A stretch of 64,000 nt of DNA. Source: Pristiophorus japonicus (lineage: Eukaryota). The stretch covers positions 164,114,001 to 164,178,000 of the forward strand of contig NC_091982.1 in NCBI RefSeq assembly GCF_044704955.1, given 5' to 3'. This document shows, in pieces, positions 10,911 through 24,527 of the stretch. Below the pieces are notes generated by a model. It ran no database searches, was not told where the DNA came from, and was given only the letters and a program-made list of their open reading frames with translations. The first letter of the stretch is position 1, and the number at the start of each line of letters is the position of its first letter. Both the position numbers and the translations under genes were made by a program.

Positions 10911-13726
10911 GAAAGCTTCAACAGCCATGACCGTCTCACCATCATGCTCAGCTGCTCCCTTAGTGGTGGCTAGTGGTAGCCTGCTGAGTGCATCGGCACA
11001 GTTTTCAGTGCCCTGTCTGTGTTGAATTGTGTAGTCATAGGCGGCTAACATAAGTGCCCACCTCTGTATGCGGGCCGATGCATTCGCATTTATGGCCTTG
11101 TTGTCCAAAAAGGACGTTAGGGGTTTGTGATCTGTCTCCAGCTCAAATTTCCTGCCAAACAGGTACTGATGCATTTTTTTTTACTGCATATACACATGCT
11201 AGTGCTTCCTTTTCTACTATCCCGTAGCCCCTTTCTGCCCGGGACAGACTTCTGGAGGCATAAGCTACCAGCTGTAACTGACTATTGACATTCACATGCT
11301 GCAACACTCACCCGACCCCATAGGACAACGCATCGCACGTTAAAACAAGTTTCTTACATGGGTCATATAGCGTTAACAGATTATTGGAGCATAACAAATT
11401 GCGTGCTCTATCAAAAGCCCTTTCCTGGCTGTTCCCATTCGCGACCTTTGCGTAGGAGCACGTGTAGCGGCTCTAACAGCGTGCTCAATTTGGGAAGAAA
11501 GTTACCAAAATAGTTCAGGAGCCTCAGGAATGATCACAGCTCCATCGTGTTATGGGGTCTGGGTGCTCTCTGGATCGCTTCCGTTTTGGACGCAGTAGGT
11601 CTGATCCCGTCTGCTGCTACCCTCATCCCCAGGAATTCTACCTCTGGAGCTAGGAAGATGCACTTCGCCTTTTTCAGTCGCAGCCCTACCCGGTCCAGTC
11701 TGTGTAGCACCTCCTCCAGGTTGTGGAGGTGTTCTTCAGTATCGCGACCCGTGATGAGGATGTCATCTTGAAAAACCACCGTCCTTGGAATCAACTTGAG
11801 GAAGCTTTCCATATTTCGTTGAAAGATCGCGGCGGCCGAGCGAATCCCGAACGGACATCTGTTGTACTCAAACAACCCCTTGTGTGTCGTGATGGTGGTC
11901 AGCTTCTTGCCAACTCCTGGGTCATTTAAGCTGAGGTCAGGTCCAATTTTGAAAAAAGTTTGCCCCCGGATAGCGTCACAAAGAGGTCCTCCGCTCTCGG
12001 TAGCGGCTACTGGTCTTGGAGTGACACCCGATTGATGGTGGCTTTGAAATCACCACATATCCTGACCGACCCATCCGCCTTGAGCACCGGCACAATCGGG
12101 CTCGCCCAGTCACTGAACTCGACTGGCGAGATGATGCCTTCCCTCAGCAGGCGGTCCAATTCGCCTTCAATCTTTTCCCGCATCACGTACTGCACCGCTC
12201 TGGCCTTGTGGTGTACTGGCCTGGTGTCCGGGTTTATGTGAATCACTACCTTGGTCCCCATGAAAGTGCCAATGCCGGGTTGAAATAATGAGTCAAATTT
12301 GTCCAGGACCTGTGAGCATGATATTCGCTCCACAGAAGAAATTGCATTGTCATTGCCCCATTTCCAGTTCATGACAGCAAGCCAACTTCTCCCCAGCAGT
12401 GCGGGACCATCCCCCGGGACAATCCAGAGTGGCAGTTTGTTCTCCGAATCTTTGTGGGTCACGACTACCGTGGCGCTGCCTAGCACTGGAATGATCTCCT
12501 TTGTATATGTCCGTAGCCGTGCGTCAATCGGCAATAATTTTGGCCTCCTGGCCTTGGACGCCCACAACTTGTCGAACTGTTTGATACTCATCAGGGACTG
12601 GCTGGCCCCTGTGTCTAGCTCCATTGATGCCTTTGAGGAGCATTTTCATCATTATCGGTGGCATCCTGGTGTATGAACTGTATATGTGCTCCACATGAAC
12701 TTGCTGAACTTCAGCTTCCAGCGATTTCCTCCAGTGTTCATTTGGCCTCGTAGAGCTTACATCGGGCCCATCATCGTACATCAACCTGACTGCATGCTTC
12801 CTGCACATACGCGCCAAGTGACCGCTGACGTTGCAATTTCTGCAGGTATATTGCTGATACCTGCAAGCTCTGGCTGGGTGTTTGCCTCCACACCTCCAAC
12901 ATGAGCCATTGTTGGAAACAAAAGGTCCATTACCAGTTAATTGTCTCTGACTGTCTCTGTAACTGTCCTTAAGAGCACCATTGACAGGTGTTGATGGCCC
13001 CATTACTGGCCGCATTGTCCCTTGCGATGGCATGAATCGCCGTTCAGCTAGCCATTGTCTATGTTGAATTCCCCCTTTGGGTTCGACTACATGTTCGGGC
13101 ATATCTGGTTGCCCCTGTCTGCCTGGAGAACTGTTTGCCGCATTAACAATGCTGACTCCCTGTCCATTTGCTGCATTTAAGCCAAGATTTTTGTCAAACA
13201 TCATTCTGGTCTCTTCCTCTCCTGAGATAAATGTCTGGGCCATCAAAGCCGCCTTTTTCAGGGTCAAGTCTTTGGTCTCAATCAGTTTCCTGAAAACCCC
13301 AGCGTGCCCGATGCCCTCAATAAAAACGTCTCGCAGCATCTCTGCTCTGCATGCATCTGGGAACTTACATAGGCTCGCCAGTCGCCGGAGGTCTGCCACG
13401 AAGTCTGGAATGCTTTGCCCTTCTCGCCGCCGGTGCGTGTAAAACCAGTGTCTCGCCATGTGCATGCTGCTCGCCGGTTTAAAGTGTTCCCCGATCAACT
13501 TACTGAGCTCTTCAAATGTCTTGTCCGCCGACTTCTCTGGCGCGCGAAGGTCCTTCATCAGGGAGTATGTCCTGGATCCACAAACCGTCAGGAGATGAGC
13601 CCTGCGTTTGTCGGCCGAATTCTGTCCCAACCATTCCTTAGTGACAAAACTTTGCTGTAGTCTCTCAATAAAATCGTCCCAAGCATCACCAACACAGTAC
13701 CTCTCGTCTGTGCTGCTAGTGGCCAT
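10911..13726 (-). pseudogene. Gypsy gag-pol (Gag with two CCHC knuckles, protease, RT, RNase H), frameshifted
   Basis: CWRCGGKHPARAC and CRNCNVSGHLARMC; ELDTGAS; VFQDDILI; ETDHKPL...ADALSRLP. Confidence 0.92.
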
Positions 13727-14010
13727 GCTCATGTGGTTTAAATCCCAGTTTCTCGTCGCCAATGATATGTCCTTACTATACAGTATAAATGCACACGAGG
13801 CCCATACTTGAGAGAAGGTCACTCTGTGACCAGTAACCTTTATTAGCCAGCACTGAAGTGATGAAGGTGGGTGGAGCTTCCCCTTTTATACCTTGAAAGT
13901 CCAGGTTAGGAGTGTCTCCCACAAGTTCACCACCTGGTGGTCAATGTTCTCACGGTGTACAACTTAGGTCAGCTTATACATGGGTTACAATGACAGTTGA
14001 ATACATGACA
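10911..14010 (-). mobile_element. Mag-type Gypsy LTR retrotransposon lacking integrase and 3' LTR
   Basis: 5' LTR 13763-14010; PBS TGGCGACGAGAA (tRNA-Ser(GCU)-like); ends abruptly after RNase H. Confidence 0.93.
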
Positions 14011-15091
14011 GTTTCCGCTGCCCACCTTTGGCTCGTTTGCCGTGAACGTGCTCCGCATAGAGCATTTGCTTCGGGAGTCTCGTGTCTGGCATGTGAACTA
14101 TGTGGTCTGCCCAGCGAAGCTGATCGAGTGTGGTCAGTGCTTCAATGCTGGGGATGTTAGCCTGGACGAGGACACTGATTTGGTGCGCCTGTCCTCTCAG
14201 GGGATTTGCAGGATCTTGCAGAGACATCGTTGGTGATATATTTCCAGCGACTTGATGTGTCTATTGTACATCGTCCATGCCTCTGATCCATACAGGAGAG
14301 TGGTATTACTGCAGCCCTGTAGACCATGAGCTTGGTGTTAGATTTGAGGGCCTGATCTTCGAACACTCTTTTCCGCAGGCGGCCAAAGGCTGCACTAGCG
14401 CACTGGAGGCGATGTTGAATCTCCGCATCAAAGTCCGCTTTTGTTGATAAGAGGCTCCCGAGATATGGGAAATGGTCCACGTTGTCGAGGGTCACACTGT
14501 GAATCTTGATGACTGGGGGGCAGTGTTGTGCAGCGAGGACAGGCTGATGGAGGACCTTTGCCTTACTGATGTTAAGTGTAAGGCCCATGCTTTCCTATGC
14601 CTCGGTGAATACATCGACTATGTCTTGGAGTTCTGACTCAGAATGTGCGCAGACGCAGGCATCGTCCACGTACTGTGGGGTGATCTTGGACCTGGCCTGG
14701 AGGCGGCGTAGGTTAAGCAGCTTCCCACTGGTTCTGTAGTTTAGTTCCACTCCTGCGGGGAGCTTATTGACTGTGAGGTGGAGCATGGCGCGAGGAAGAT
14801 TGAGAAGAGGGTTAGGGCGATGACGCAGCCCTGTTTGACTCTGGTCCGCACGTGGCGTGGATTGGGTCTATGATGGAACCGTTTGTAAGGATCACTGCCT
14901 GCATGTCATCGTGGAACAGGCAGAGGATGTTGACAAACTTTTGGGGGCATCCGAAACGTAGGAGGACGCTCCATAGACCCTCACGGTTGACAGTGTCAAA
15001 GGCCTTTGTAAGATCGAAAAAGGCCAGGTATAATGCTCCCTGCATTTTTCCTGCAGCTTTCGCATTGCATAGATCATGTCCATTGTGCCCC
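14011..15091 (-). mobile_element. RTE LINE fragment (RT)
   Basis: FFDLTKAFDTVNREGLW, QYVDDAC, FPYLGSLLS, QLRWADH; same family as 36901-44452. Confidence 0.92.
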
Positions 15092-15940
15092 ATTTAGCAC
15101 AGTGGTAGTGTCACACAATACAATGGAGGGTGTCCTCAGTGTGAAGATGGGACTTTGATTCCACAAGGACTGTGTGGTGGCCACTCATACCAATACAGAT
15201 GTATCTGCGACAGGTAGATTGGTGAGAACATGGTCAAGTAGGTTTTTCCCTCACCATCTGCCACAGGGCCAGTCTGACAGCTATGTCCTTCAGGGCTCGG
15301 CCAGCTCGGTCAGTAGTGGTGGTACCGAAACACTCTTGGTGATGACCATTGAAATCCCCCATCCAGAGTATATTCTGTGCTCTTGTTACCCTCAGTATTT
15401 CTTCCAATTGGTGTTCAACATAGAGAAATACTGATTCATCAGCTGAGGGAGGGCAGTAGGTGGTCATCAGCAAGAGGTTTCCTTGCCCATGCTTGACCTG
15501 ATGCCATGAGAATTTATGGGGTCTGGAGTCAATGTTGAGGACTCCCAGGGCCACTCTCTGCTGACTGTATATCATTATGCAGCCACCTCTGGTAGGCCTG
15601 TCCTGCCGGTGGGACAGGACACACCCAAGGATTGTGATGGAGCTTTCTGGCACATTGGCTGATAGGTATGATTCTGTGAGTATGACTATTTCAGCCTGTT
15701 GAATGACTAGCCTGTGGGATAGCTCTCCCAATTTTGGCACCAGGCCCCAGATGTTAGGGACAAGGACTTTGCAGGGTCGACTGGGCTGGGTATGCCGTGG
15801 TCATGTCCGATGTCTAGGTCAATGCCGGATAGTCCGTTGGGTTTCATTCTTTGTATACTTCTATGTAACAGTTTGGTACAACTTAGTGGCTTCCTCCGCG
15901 ACTTCGGAGGGCAATTAAGAGTCAACCAAATTGCTGCCGT
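15092..15940 (-). mobile_element. CR1/L2-group LINE 5' part (APE endonuclease)
   Basis: IVILTESYL, RQDRPTRGG, TTYCPP, WMGDFN; probably the 5' part of the 9245-10905 copy. Confidence 0.85.
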
Positions 15941-15999
15941 CAAATATCCGTAAGTATATTCTGTATTTAATTGTGGTAGGAGTTCTTATGATATAAATT

Positions 16000-17470
16000 T
16001 GTGCTCCTGAACTACCTGCGCCTCTCGCCAAGCTGTTCCAGTACAGCTATAACACTAGCATCTACCCGACAATGTAGAAAACAAAAAGCAGGACAAATCC
16101 AACCTGGCCAATTACCGCCCCATCAGTCTACTCTCAATCATCAGCAAAGTGATGGAAGGTGTCGTCGACAGTACTATCAAGTGGCACTTACTCACCAATA
16201 ACCTGCGCACCGATGCTTAGTTTGGGTTCGGCCAGGACCATTCAACTCCAGACCTCATTACTGCCTTGGTACCAAACACGGACAAAAGAGCTGAATTCCA
16301 GAGGTGAGGTGAGAGTGACTGCCTTTGACATATAGGCAGCATTTGACGGAGTGTAGCATCAAGGAGCCCTAGTAAAACTAAAGTCAATGGGAATCGGGGG
16401 GAAAACTCTCCACTGGCTGGAGTCATACCGAGCGCAAATCAAGATGGTTGTGGTTGTTGGAGGTCAATCATCTCAGCCCCAGGCATTGCAGGCATTCCTC
16501 AGGGCAGTGTCCTAGGCCCAACCATCTTCAGCTGCTTCATCAATGATCTTCCCTCCATCATAAGGTCAGAAATGATGATGTTCACTGATGATTTCACAGT
16601 GATTAGTTCCATTCGCAACTCCTCAGAAAATGAAGCAGCCCATGCCCTCATGCAGCAAGACCTGGATGACATTCAGGCTTGGGCTGATAAGTGGCAAGGA
16701 GCATTCGTACCACACAAGTGCCAGGCAATGACCATCTCCAACAAAAGAGAGTCTAACCACTGCCCCTTGATATTCAATGCCATTACCATTGCTGAATCTC
16801 CCACCATCAACATTCTGGGGGTCACCATTGACCAGAAATGTAACTGGACCTGCCATATAAATAATTGGCTACAGAGCAGGTAAGAGGCTGGGTATTCTGC
16901 GGCGAGTGTCTCACCTCCTGACTCCCCAAAGCCTTTCTATAATCTACAAGACACAAGTCAGGAGTGTGATGGAATGCTCTCCACTTGCCTGGATGAGTGC
17001 AGCTCCAACAACACTCAAGAAGCTTGACACCATCCAGGACAAAGCAGCCCAATTGATCAGCACTCCATCACCACCTTAAACATTCACTCCCTCCACCATC
17101 AGTGCACCGTGGCTGCAGTGCGTACTATCTTCAAGATGCACTGTAGCAACTCACCAAAGCTTCTTCGGCAGCACCTCCCAAACCTGGGACCTCTACCACC
17201 TAGAAGGACAAGGGCAGCAAACGCTTGGGAGCACCATCTCCTGCAAGTTCCCCTCCAAGTCACACACCATCCTGACCTGGAACTTTTTTGCTGTTCCTTC
17301 ATTGTCGCTGGGTCAAAATCCTGGAACGCCCTTCCTAACAGCACTATGGGAGTACCTTCACCACACAGACTGCAGCGGTTCAAGAAGGTGGCTCACCAAT
17401 ACCTTCTCTAGGGCAATTAGGGATGTTGGCCTTGCCAGTGACACCCACATCCTGGAATGAATAAAAAAAA
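16000..17470 (+). mobile_element. CR1/L2-group LINE, RT to 3' end, 5'-truncated
   Basis: Disrupted RT (PQGSVLGP, MFTDD, INILGVTID); ends CCACATCCTGGAATGAATAAAAAAAA. Confidence 0.9.
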
Positions 17471-18239
17471 TATGTTTTGTAAACATCTACAAAGATGTCA
17501 ATAATATTGAACATAGTAAATAATACTTGGAGAATAAGTTAAACAATACTGAAATTGGATATATTTTAATCCAAGTACACTGGTGCATTTTAAATATAAA
17601 ACTGGTGAATTTGCCATTGTTATTGAACATATCAGCATCACAATATCTGTGTATTGATCATCAGCTGTTTTAGTACCAGTAATTGAAAGCAGTGTTATTT
17701 AAGAGGCAGGAAAGTCTGAGGAGGGAAGTTGTTTGTTCTTAATAGGAGAAAAAGTCATAAATGCCCCTTAAATTTATTTGACATTATTTGGAGAATGTTA
17801 CCTTTTCCTGCCATGTTTAAGTAACCTGCTGGGCTTCTCAATTGCTGTCAATTATGGGCAGCTTCTCCACCGCAATCAGCAGGGGTCATAAGTTCAAACT
17901 GTCCTCCAGGGCTGCCCAGACATTCCATTACCACCAACCAAATTATATTCTCACAAATCTCATGTTTCAAAATGGTACATTCCTGCAATTTCATTTGTGG
18001 GTCATAAATTTCAATGAAAAACAGGAGGAAACGAGGAATATTTGACCCATTGTAATTTTGGGGCCTTATTTTACCTTCAGCTAACAGAGTATGAGAAAGT
18101 AAATGCAAGAATATCTCTAATCTATTTCTGTCCATGTTGGGTGCTAGTGGTTCCTTTAAGAGTTTTCATATATGTGGGACACACTTCTAACTTGGATATT
18201 AAACGTTCAGGCCATATTTGTAACCCTTAAAACTCTCTT

Positions 18240-18775
18240 CTGGATTCTAATGCCTTTACCATTACACTCGACTATTCCATAGCTCTCCTGACGAGCCTAC
18301 TACCTAACACCATCCAAAACCCTGCTCCTCATATCCTAACTCGCATCAAGTCCCATTCACCCATCACCCCTATGCTCGCTGAACTACATTAGCTCCTGGT
18401 CTAGCAATGACATGATTTTAAAATTCTCATCCTTTTTTTCCAAATCCCTCCATGGCCTCCTCCAGCCCCACAAAACCTTTGTGATCTCTGCACTCCTCCA
18501 ATTCTGGCCTCTTGCACATCCCCAATTTTCACCGCTCCACCACTGACGGTCATGCCTTCAGCTACCTCGGCCATAAACTCTGTAAATCTCTCCCTAAACC
18601 TCGCTGCCTCTCTACTTCTCTCTCCTCCTTTAATATACTCCTTAAAACCTACCTCGTTAGCTGTCCTAATATCTCCTTATGTGGCTCGGTGTTAAATTTT
18701 GTTTGATAAGGCTCCTGTGAAGCATCTTGGAACTTTTTACTATGTTAAAGGCGCTAAATAAATGTAAGTTGTTGA
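18240..18775 (+). mobile_element. L2 LINE 3' end
   Basis: Decayed HSPITPML.ELH and LWNSLP-like segments; tail GTTAAAGGCGCTAAATAAATG. Confidence 0.75.
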
Positions 18776-18839
18776 AGTTGGAAGAAGTTTTTTTTTTAGG
18801 TCACTCCATTGTGAAAATGTGCTTGCACCTCTCATGTAG

Positions 18840-19966
18840 TCAGGAGTTGCTCCGTTTTTTTTGGAGCAACTTGATTTTTCTGGAGTATCTTAAAAATCCC
18901 CATTCTGCACATTTAATTTGCGCCAGTGTAAGTGAGTTAGTTAGGATTTTTTGTAGTTTTGTTTTTTTTAAAAAGGGGGCGTTACCAGCCGTTTTGGCCA
19001 TTTAAGCCAGTTTGGACAGCTAATAGTTGCTCCAAACTAACTTAGGCCAGCGTATGTGGCCACTTGTGGCCGCACAGAAAACCCTTGTGGAGAGTTAAGA
19101 AATCAGCGCAGGTTAGTACATTCTAAAGCACCAAGACTTACAAAGCACTAAACAAAGCTCAAAAAGTAATAAGCAATTAATTAACAAATAAAAAATAGAA
19201 GGAAGCGGAGAAGACCTGCACCGAAAGCACCAAGACTTACAAGCACTAAACACAACGCAAAAAGTAATAAGCATTCAATAAATAATAAAGAACTGAAGTA
19301 AATAATTCAATTAACAAATAAAGAACTTAAGTAAACCCTACCTTCAACTAAACTCAGCAGCGGCCGCCCTGTGCTAGGAGGCCATTCAGCCTGTGATAGG
19401 GGCGGCAAGACGCATACCGGGAGGCTAGGCTCAACGCGGCATTTGTGAACAGGGGAGGGAGGGAGAGGCTGAATGCGGCATCGGTGAATGCGGGGTGGGG
19501 GGTGGGGAGAGAGACCCACAGCGCCATTGGTGAAGGAGGGAGGGGGGAGAGATCCACAGTGGCATTGGTGAAGGCGGGGGGGGGGGGGGGGCGGCAGGCA
19601 GAGAGATCCTGGCCAGTGCGGGAGGCCTTTTGTCCAGGGATAGGGGCGGCGAACATCAGGTCGTCCCTTTGGTCAGGGATAGGGGCAGTGAGCATCGGGT
19701 CCGGCTCACAGCCTGCAGAACACGCTGGGAGGGCGAGGAGCTACTGCGCATACGCGCAGACTCCACCACGCATGTGGACAGATGCTGGCACTGTTTTCAG
19801 CGCAGGGCTGTAGCTCCGCCCCCCCCCACTGCATTATATACACACACGGGACACACAGCAAAGTGGCCAGAATCGTGAGTACATTTTTTGGCGCCGTTTT
19901 GAGCAAACAAATTTGCCGCATCTCGGGTTAGTGCGCCGGAAAAAGGAGTTGGGGAAATTTGGGCCC
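18840..19966. mobile_element. Harbinger-type non-autonomous element, left TIR missing
   Basis: Right end GAAATTTGGGCCC; both subterminal regions homologous to 49600-51290. Confidence 0.75.
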
Positions 19967-21399
19967 TTTACTTCTGCAATTTATTCAGCATTTCCATTTG
20001 CAGCCTACAATTATCTTCACATTCTCTGGGGTGATCCACACATTTAGTAATGCTCAGGCTGCTAACGTATTCTTCTCTGAAAACTACTTTGCACAGTCCA
20101 AACAATTAGGCAAATTATCTGATTACCAACTAAGCTGCACTTGTAATAGATCAGATATCTAGGAAGTGTCGGTGATACTAGATTCGACAGTTTTGAACAT
20201 AAACTATGAATGTGGAATATGAGAGCTGTTTCATTCAGCACAGCCCCAAGTGATGAGTGCCCTGAACCAAATGCCTCTTGGTTTAGGAAAAATACCTTCT
20301 TTCAAAGTTACTGTCAAATCTATAAGGGCTGGGTGATTATGTGGCTAGAAATGGGGTTGAAGGTCAGAAGGATATGTTTGGCTATAGATAATTAGATGGA
20401 GCAATATGAAGCACCGTTTTCAGAACAGAGCAATATTATCAGGAGGAGATTTAGACTATTGGCTACTGAGGAGTTTTACCTGTGCAGAATTGTCTCTCAC
20501 ACGGAAATTTAAATAAACCAGGAGGGTGGGTGGTGGTGAGGGAGGGGGGCTTGGGGGGGTACTGGGGGGTAATAGGCATTATTTGCCAAATGGCCTCTGT
20601 TTGCATTCCTATTGCAAGTTTAATTGACACCTTAACTAATGAGATTAATAAGTTAAACTTTTTAAACCATAGAAGTTCTTCTGATGATGTGCTTCTATCT
20701 AACCTTAGCAGTGATTGCTAGTTGATGTTTGATGCACGTGGCTGAATTCCTCTGTGAATTCAGGAGACTGTAGGAGGAAATAAATAGGTGAGGGGAGTGG
20801 GCAGATAGGTGGAAAGTACAATTAGTTAAGCATGAAATGGTAAATTTTTGGAAAAAGAACAGAAATCGGCACCTAGGTGGCAACACCAGATGACCCAGGC
20901 ACGAGCTCCGGGCGATGTTCTCCCAGCACTGCGCCTTCCCAGGACCAAGCTACCATGAAAGGAGACTGACTTCAATTCCAGGAGTCCTTTGTACCACAGG
21001 AGCAGCCAATCACCCTTCGAAACAATAACCCTCAGGTTGCACCAGAAAAAAAGCAGTAGACTAGGTGAAAGAAGGTCACGATTGGATGCTCACAGTGCGA
21101 GGAAATAGTAGAATGGCTTTGAATTGCTTCTAATAAAGGGGAATGTGCATTTATTTGACACTCAGCTATTCATATAGATTATAGTCATGTAGGAAAGGGT
21201 GCACTATGTTGTGCTCAGTTAGTCATTCCTACTGCAGGATTATATAAGGGCAAAGAGGTAAGATGATGGAGGATGGACACTGGATTGAAGGATTTGCAAT
21301 TTATATGAAGGTGGGAGAAGAAACAGTAATGACAATGGTGGTAAAGGTAGATTGTGAAACAGATGAGAACACTCACTGATGAGTTGAATTCCAATGCCC

Positions 21400-23020
21400 A
21401 TTTTGATCCTCACTGAAGAGTCCACTGAGTTATGGTCCTCCTCCTGATTCTTCACTCTAGCTTCTTCTGCTTCCAAAAGACATGGGATCACTTCCCATGT
21501 TTCTTTATGTCCATGCCTTGTTGTATGGCAAAGTTGTACAGGGCGCAAAATGCTGCAACAATCTTGAGCATACTGCAGAGGCCCTTCTGATCTATCAAGA
21601 CAATGGAAAAGCCCCTATAGCACACCCATGGTTCTTTCAATGATAACTCTGGTAGATGCATGTAGTGCTTCTTAGCAGATGCGCTTGCAACTCTTTGCGG
21701 GGCCATTGTCCACAACAGCAAGGGGCACACCTTATCACCCACACCCATCCATTCAATGACTATTTCCATAAAGAAGTCAGGGAGGACATAATTATTCTGG
21801 GTGAATGGAGCATGGCAACTTCCAGGAAGTGTGGTTTTCAAATTAAGGATTCTTTTGAATCTGGTCACACACAATCCGGACATTCAGTCACAATGACTTT
21901 GGGGAACCCAGCAACGAGATAAAACAGGATGGCCCTAATCGTGCTGCTGCCTTGCTGTTGTGCTAAACTTTCCAAATAGAAACATAGAAAATAGGTGCAG
22001 GAGCAGGCCCTTCGAGCCTGCACCGCCATTCAATGGGTTCATGGTTGAACATGCAACTTCAGTACCCCATTCCTGCTTTCTCGCCATATCCCCTGATCCC
22101 CCTAGTAGTAAGGACTTCATCTAACTCCTTTTTGAATATATTTAGTGAATTGGCTTCAACAACTTTCTGTGGTAGAGAATTCCACAGGTTCACCACTCTC
22201 TGGGTGAAGAAGTTTCTCCTCATCTGTCCTAAATGGCTTACCCCTTATCCTTAGACTGTGACCCCTGGTTCATTGGGATCATTCTTCCTGCATCTAACCT
22301 GTCTAAACTCGTCAGAATTTTAAACGTTTCTATGAGATCCCCTCTCATTTTTCTGAACTCCAGTGAATACAAGCCCAGTTGATCTAGTCTTTCTTGATAT
22401 GTCAGTCTCGCCATCCCAGGAATCAGTCTGGTGAACCTTCGCTGCACTCCCTCAATAGCAAGAACGTCCTTCCTCAAGTTAGGAGACCAAAACTGTACAC
22501 AATACTCCAGATGTGGCCTCACCAAGGCCCTGTACAACTGTAGTAACACCTCCCTGCCCCTGTACTCAAATCCCCTCACTAAGAAGGCCAGCATGCCATT
22601 TGCTTTCTTAACCATGCCAAACTCTTTTAAAAATTGTGCAAATTACTTGACAATTGCATGTCCAAATGGCACCCCAGGTAATCTTACACTGATCACATTG
22701 AAATAAACCTGCGGCATAAATCACTTTCGCATAGTTGCGATCTTGCCCACAGATCTTCATGTAATGGCTGGCACAGCACTACTTCGCCTCTTTGGTGAAA
22801 CAAACTCTCTTCATGCAGAGCTCCTCACTAAGATCTTTAGCAGAGCTGTGTGACTGTATATTATTTCAGACGGAGTAATATCTCAGGCATCTCATCTTTT
22901 CTTTGCTCCATCCTGTGCTGCTCGTCCTCCTCCATAAAAATGGAGAACAATGGAAGACCCACTGGGCATCCAATAGCCGGCACTCAGAACCTCTCACTTT
23001 GGCTGGGTACAAAATGATCC
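21400..23020 (-). pseudogene. Highly decayed Harbinger transposase split by a CR1 insertion
   Basis: DLSEELCMKRVCFTKE near 22790-22835, GSCHAPF, MGVGDK, FCALYNFAIQQG. Confidence 0.65.
21976..22613 (-). mobile_element. CR1 LINE 3' fragment
   Basis: LYRALVRPHLEYCVQFWSP; (ACATAGAA)n tail; very similar to 51291-51950. Confidence 0.93.
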
Positions 23021-23394
23021 CAGTGGTCTCCCAGGCACTCAGGCTGTCACAGGCCAAATCTATTTCAATACAGGTGCACGGCAACAAAAGCCTTGAGGAC
23101 TTCTTCTGAAACTCCGTAAATCTCTCTTGAAAGTTTGTTCAATCTCCAGGTTTTGAAGTCAGACTCACTTCTGTCCGTCTCAGCTGATGCCAGCAACAGG
23201 CATGCCTCTTTTAATAAATTGTTAATTACCCTTGGTGTAATAAGAATGCAGGTCACTGGATTTGGTGACTCCAATGCCACGCCTCCTCATTATAATAGAT
23301 GCTAATGAGCTTCCAGCTGCATCAGCGAACACATGTGGAAGGCCGTAGATTAGAATGGAATCCACAGCGCCCCAATTGTTGAATCATGGAATCA

Positions 23395-23775
23395 ACCAGC
23401 ACAGAATGAGGCCAGTTGGTCCATTGTGCCTGTGCTGGCTTTTTAAAAGAGCTATCCAATTTGCCCCACTCTCCTGCTCATTCCCCATAGCCCTGTACAT
23501 TTTTCCCCTTCATGTATTTATCCAATTTCCTTTTTGAAAGTTACTACTGAATCTGCTTCCACCACTCTTTCAGGCAGTGCACTCCAGATCATAACAACTT
23601 ACTGCATAATTTTTTAATTACTCAAATTGGTCCTGTTCCCAATTACCTTAAATCTGTGTGCCCTGGTTACCGACCCTTCTGCCAGTGGAAACATTTTCTC
23701 CTTATTTAATCTATTATAAGCCTTCACGATTTAACCCTTAATCTTCTCTGCTGCTCGGAGAACAATCCCAGCTTT
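23395..23775 (-). mobile_element. Older CR1 3' fragment
   Basis: Reverse complement of a CR1 ORF2 end and 3' UTR (TTTTGAAAGTTACTACTGAATCTGCTTCCACCAC). Confidence 0.7.
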
Positions 23776-24416
23776 ATGGGGTAGAAGCCCAACGAAACGT
23801 GACCCGCCCCAGAATTCACCTCCAAACAATGCCGCTATGCTCATTTTAAGCCAAAAAAAATCACTAAAATAGCACGTGAATTCAGGGCACAAAATTTAAC
23901 TAGCATTTTTCCCCTTCACTTTTCAGGCCTGTTTTCCAAATACGTTCTCCCGGCATGGAGGCTTGTCTGCTGGAAGCACTGATTGACAATCGCACGCTCG
24001 TTCCCCACGATTTTAAGGAGCACGTGTTTGCAAATTCAGACCTTGTGTGTGCGGTGATGAGGAGGGGTCGATCAGTAAAGATTTTTAATTGGAAATTCAT
24101 CACCGGCAAAGCACAGCTCAGATCTCGAGCCCTCGCCTCACCGCTGCCAGATTCCCATCCAAACCACAACTGATTTTGCACTTGGTAAAAAGTCGCAACT
24201 CAAAGTACTTCCCAGAATACTTGGCAACCAGAAGTAACATGTGACAACCATCACCCACTCCAGCACCAGAGCTCCTGTTTCAAATCACCCATTTATGTCT
24301 CTAAGTGGGACAAGGATCAAAATACCACAGCTTCGCCTTCAAATCCTCAAAGGGACAGTGTCAAGAATAATCCTTTTTAACATAATTTCTTCCCTAATCG
24401 CATTTTTCAACTGCAG

Positions 24417-24527
24417 AGAAGTGGTTTCCACACAGATTATTTCATTCAGAGAGTCTTATGCAAGGAACAAGGAAGAAAGCAGTGCCTTCTTCAGCACACT
24501 TGACACATGCAATATTTTTCTGCATTT
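24417..24527 (+). CDS. Candidate host-gene internal exon A (111 nt, phase 2 to 2), product unknown
   Basis: Branch-like CCCTAAT, acceptor TTTTTCAACTGCAG, donor GTAGGT; encodes EVVSTQIISFRESYARNKEESSAFFSTLDTCNIFLH; lies in unique sequence. Confidence 0.6.

Noticed and set aside
10301-10945. Functional Gypsy/LINE fusion protein
   Set aside because: Chance read-through at a deletion junction between two decayed elements.
15092-17470. Head-to-head endonuclease (minus) and RT (plus) pieces as a fourth twin-priming inversion
   Set aside because: No TSD, an unrelated spacer of about 60 bp and a large gap; the endonuclease piece fits better as the 5' part of 9245-10905.
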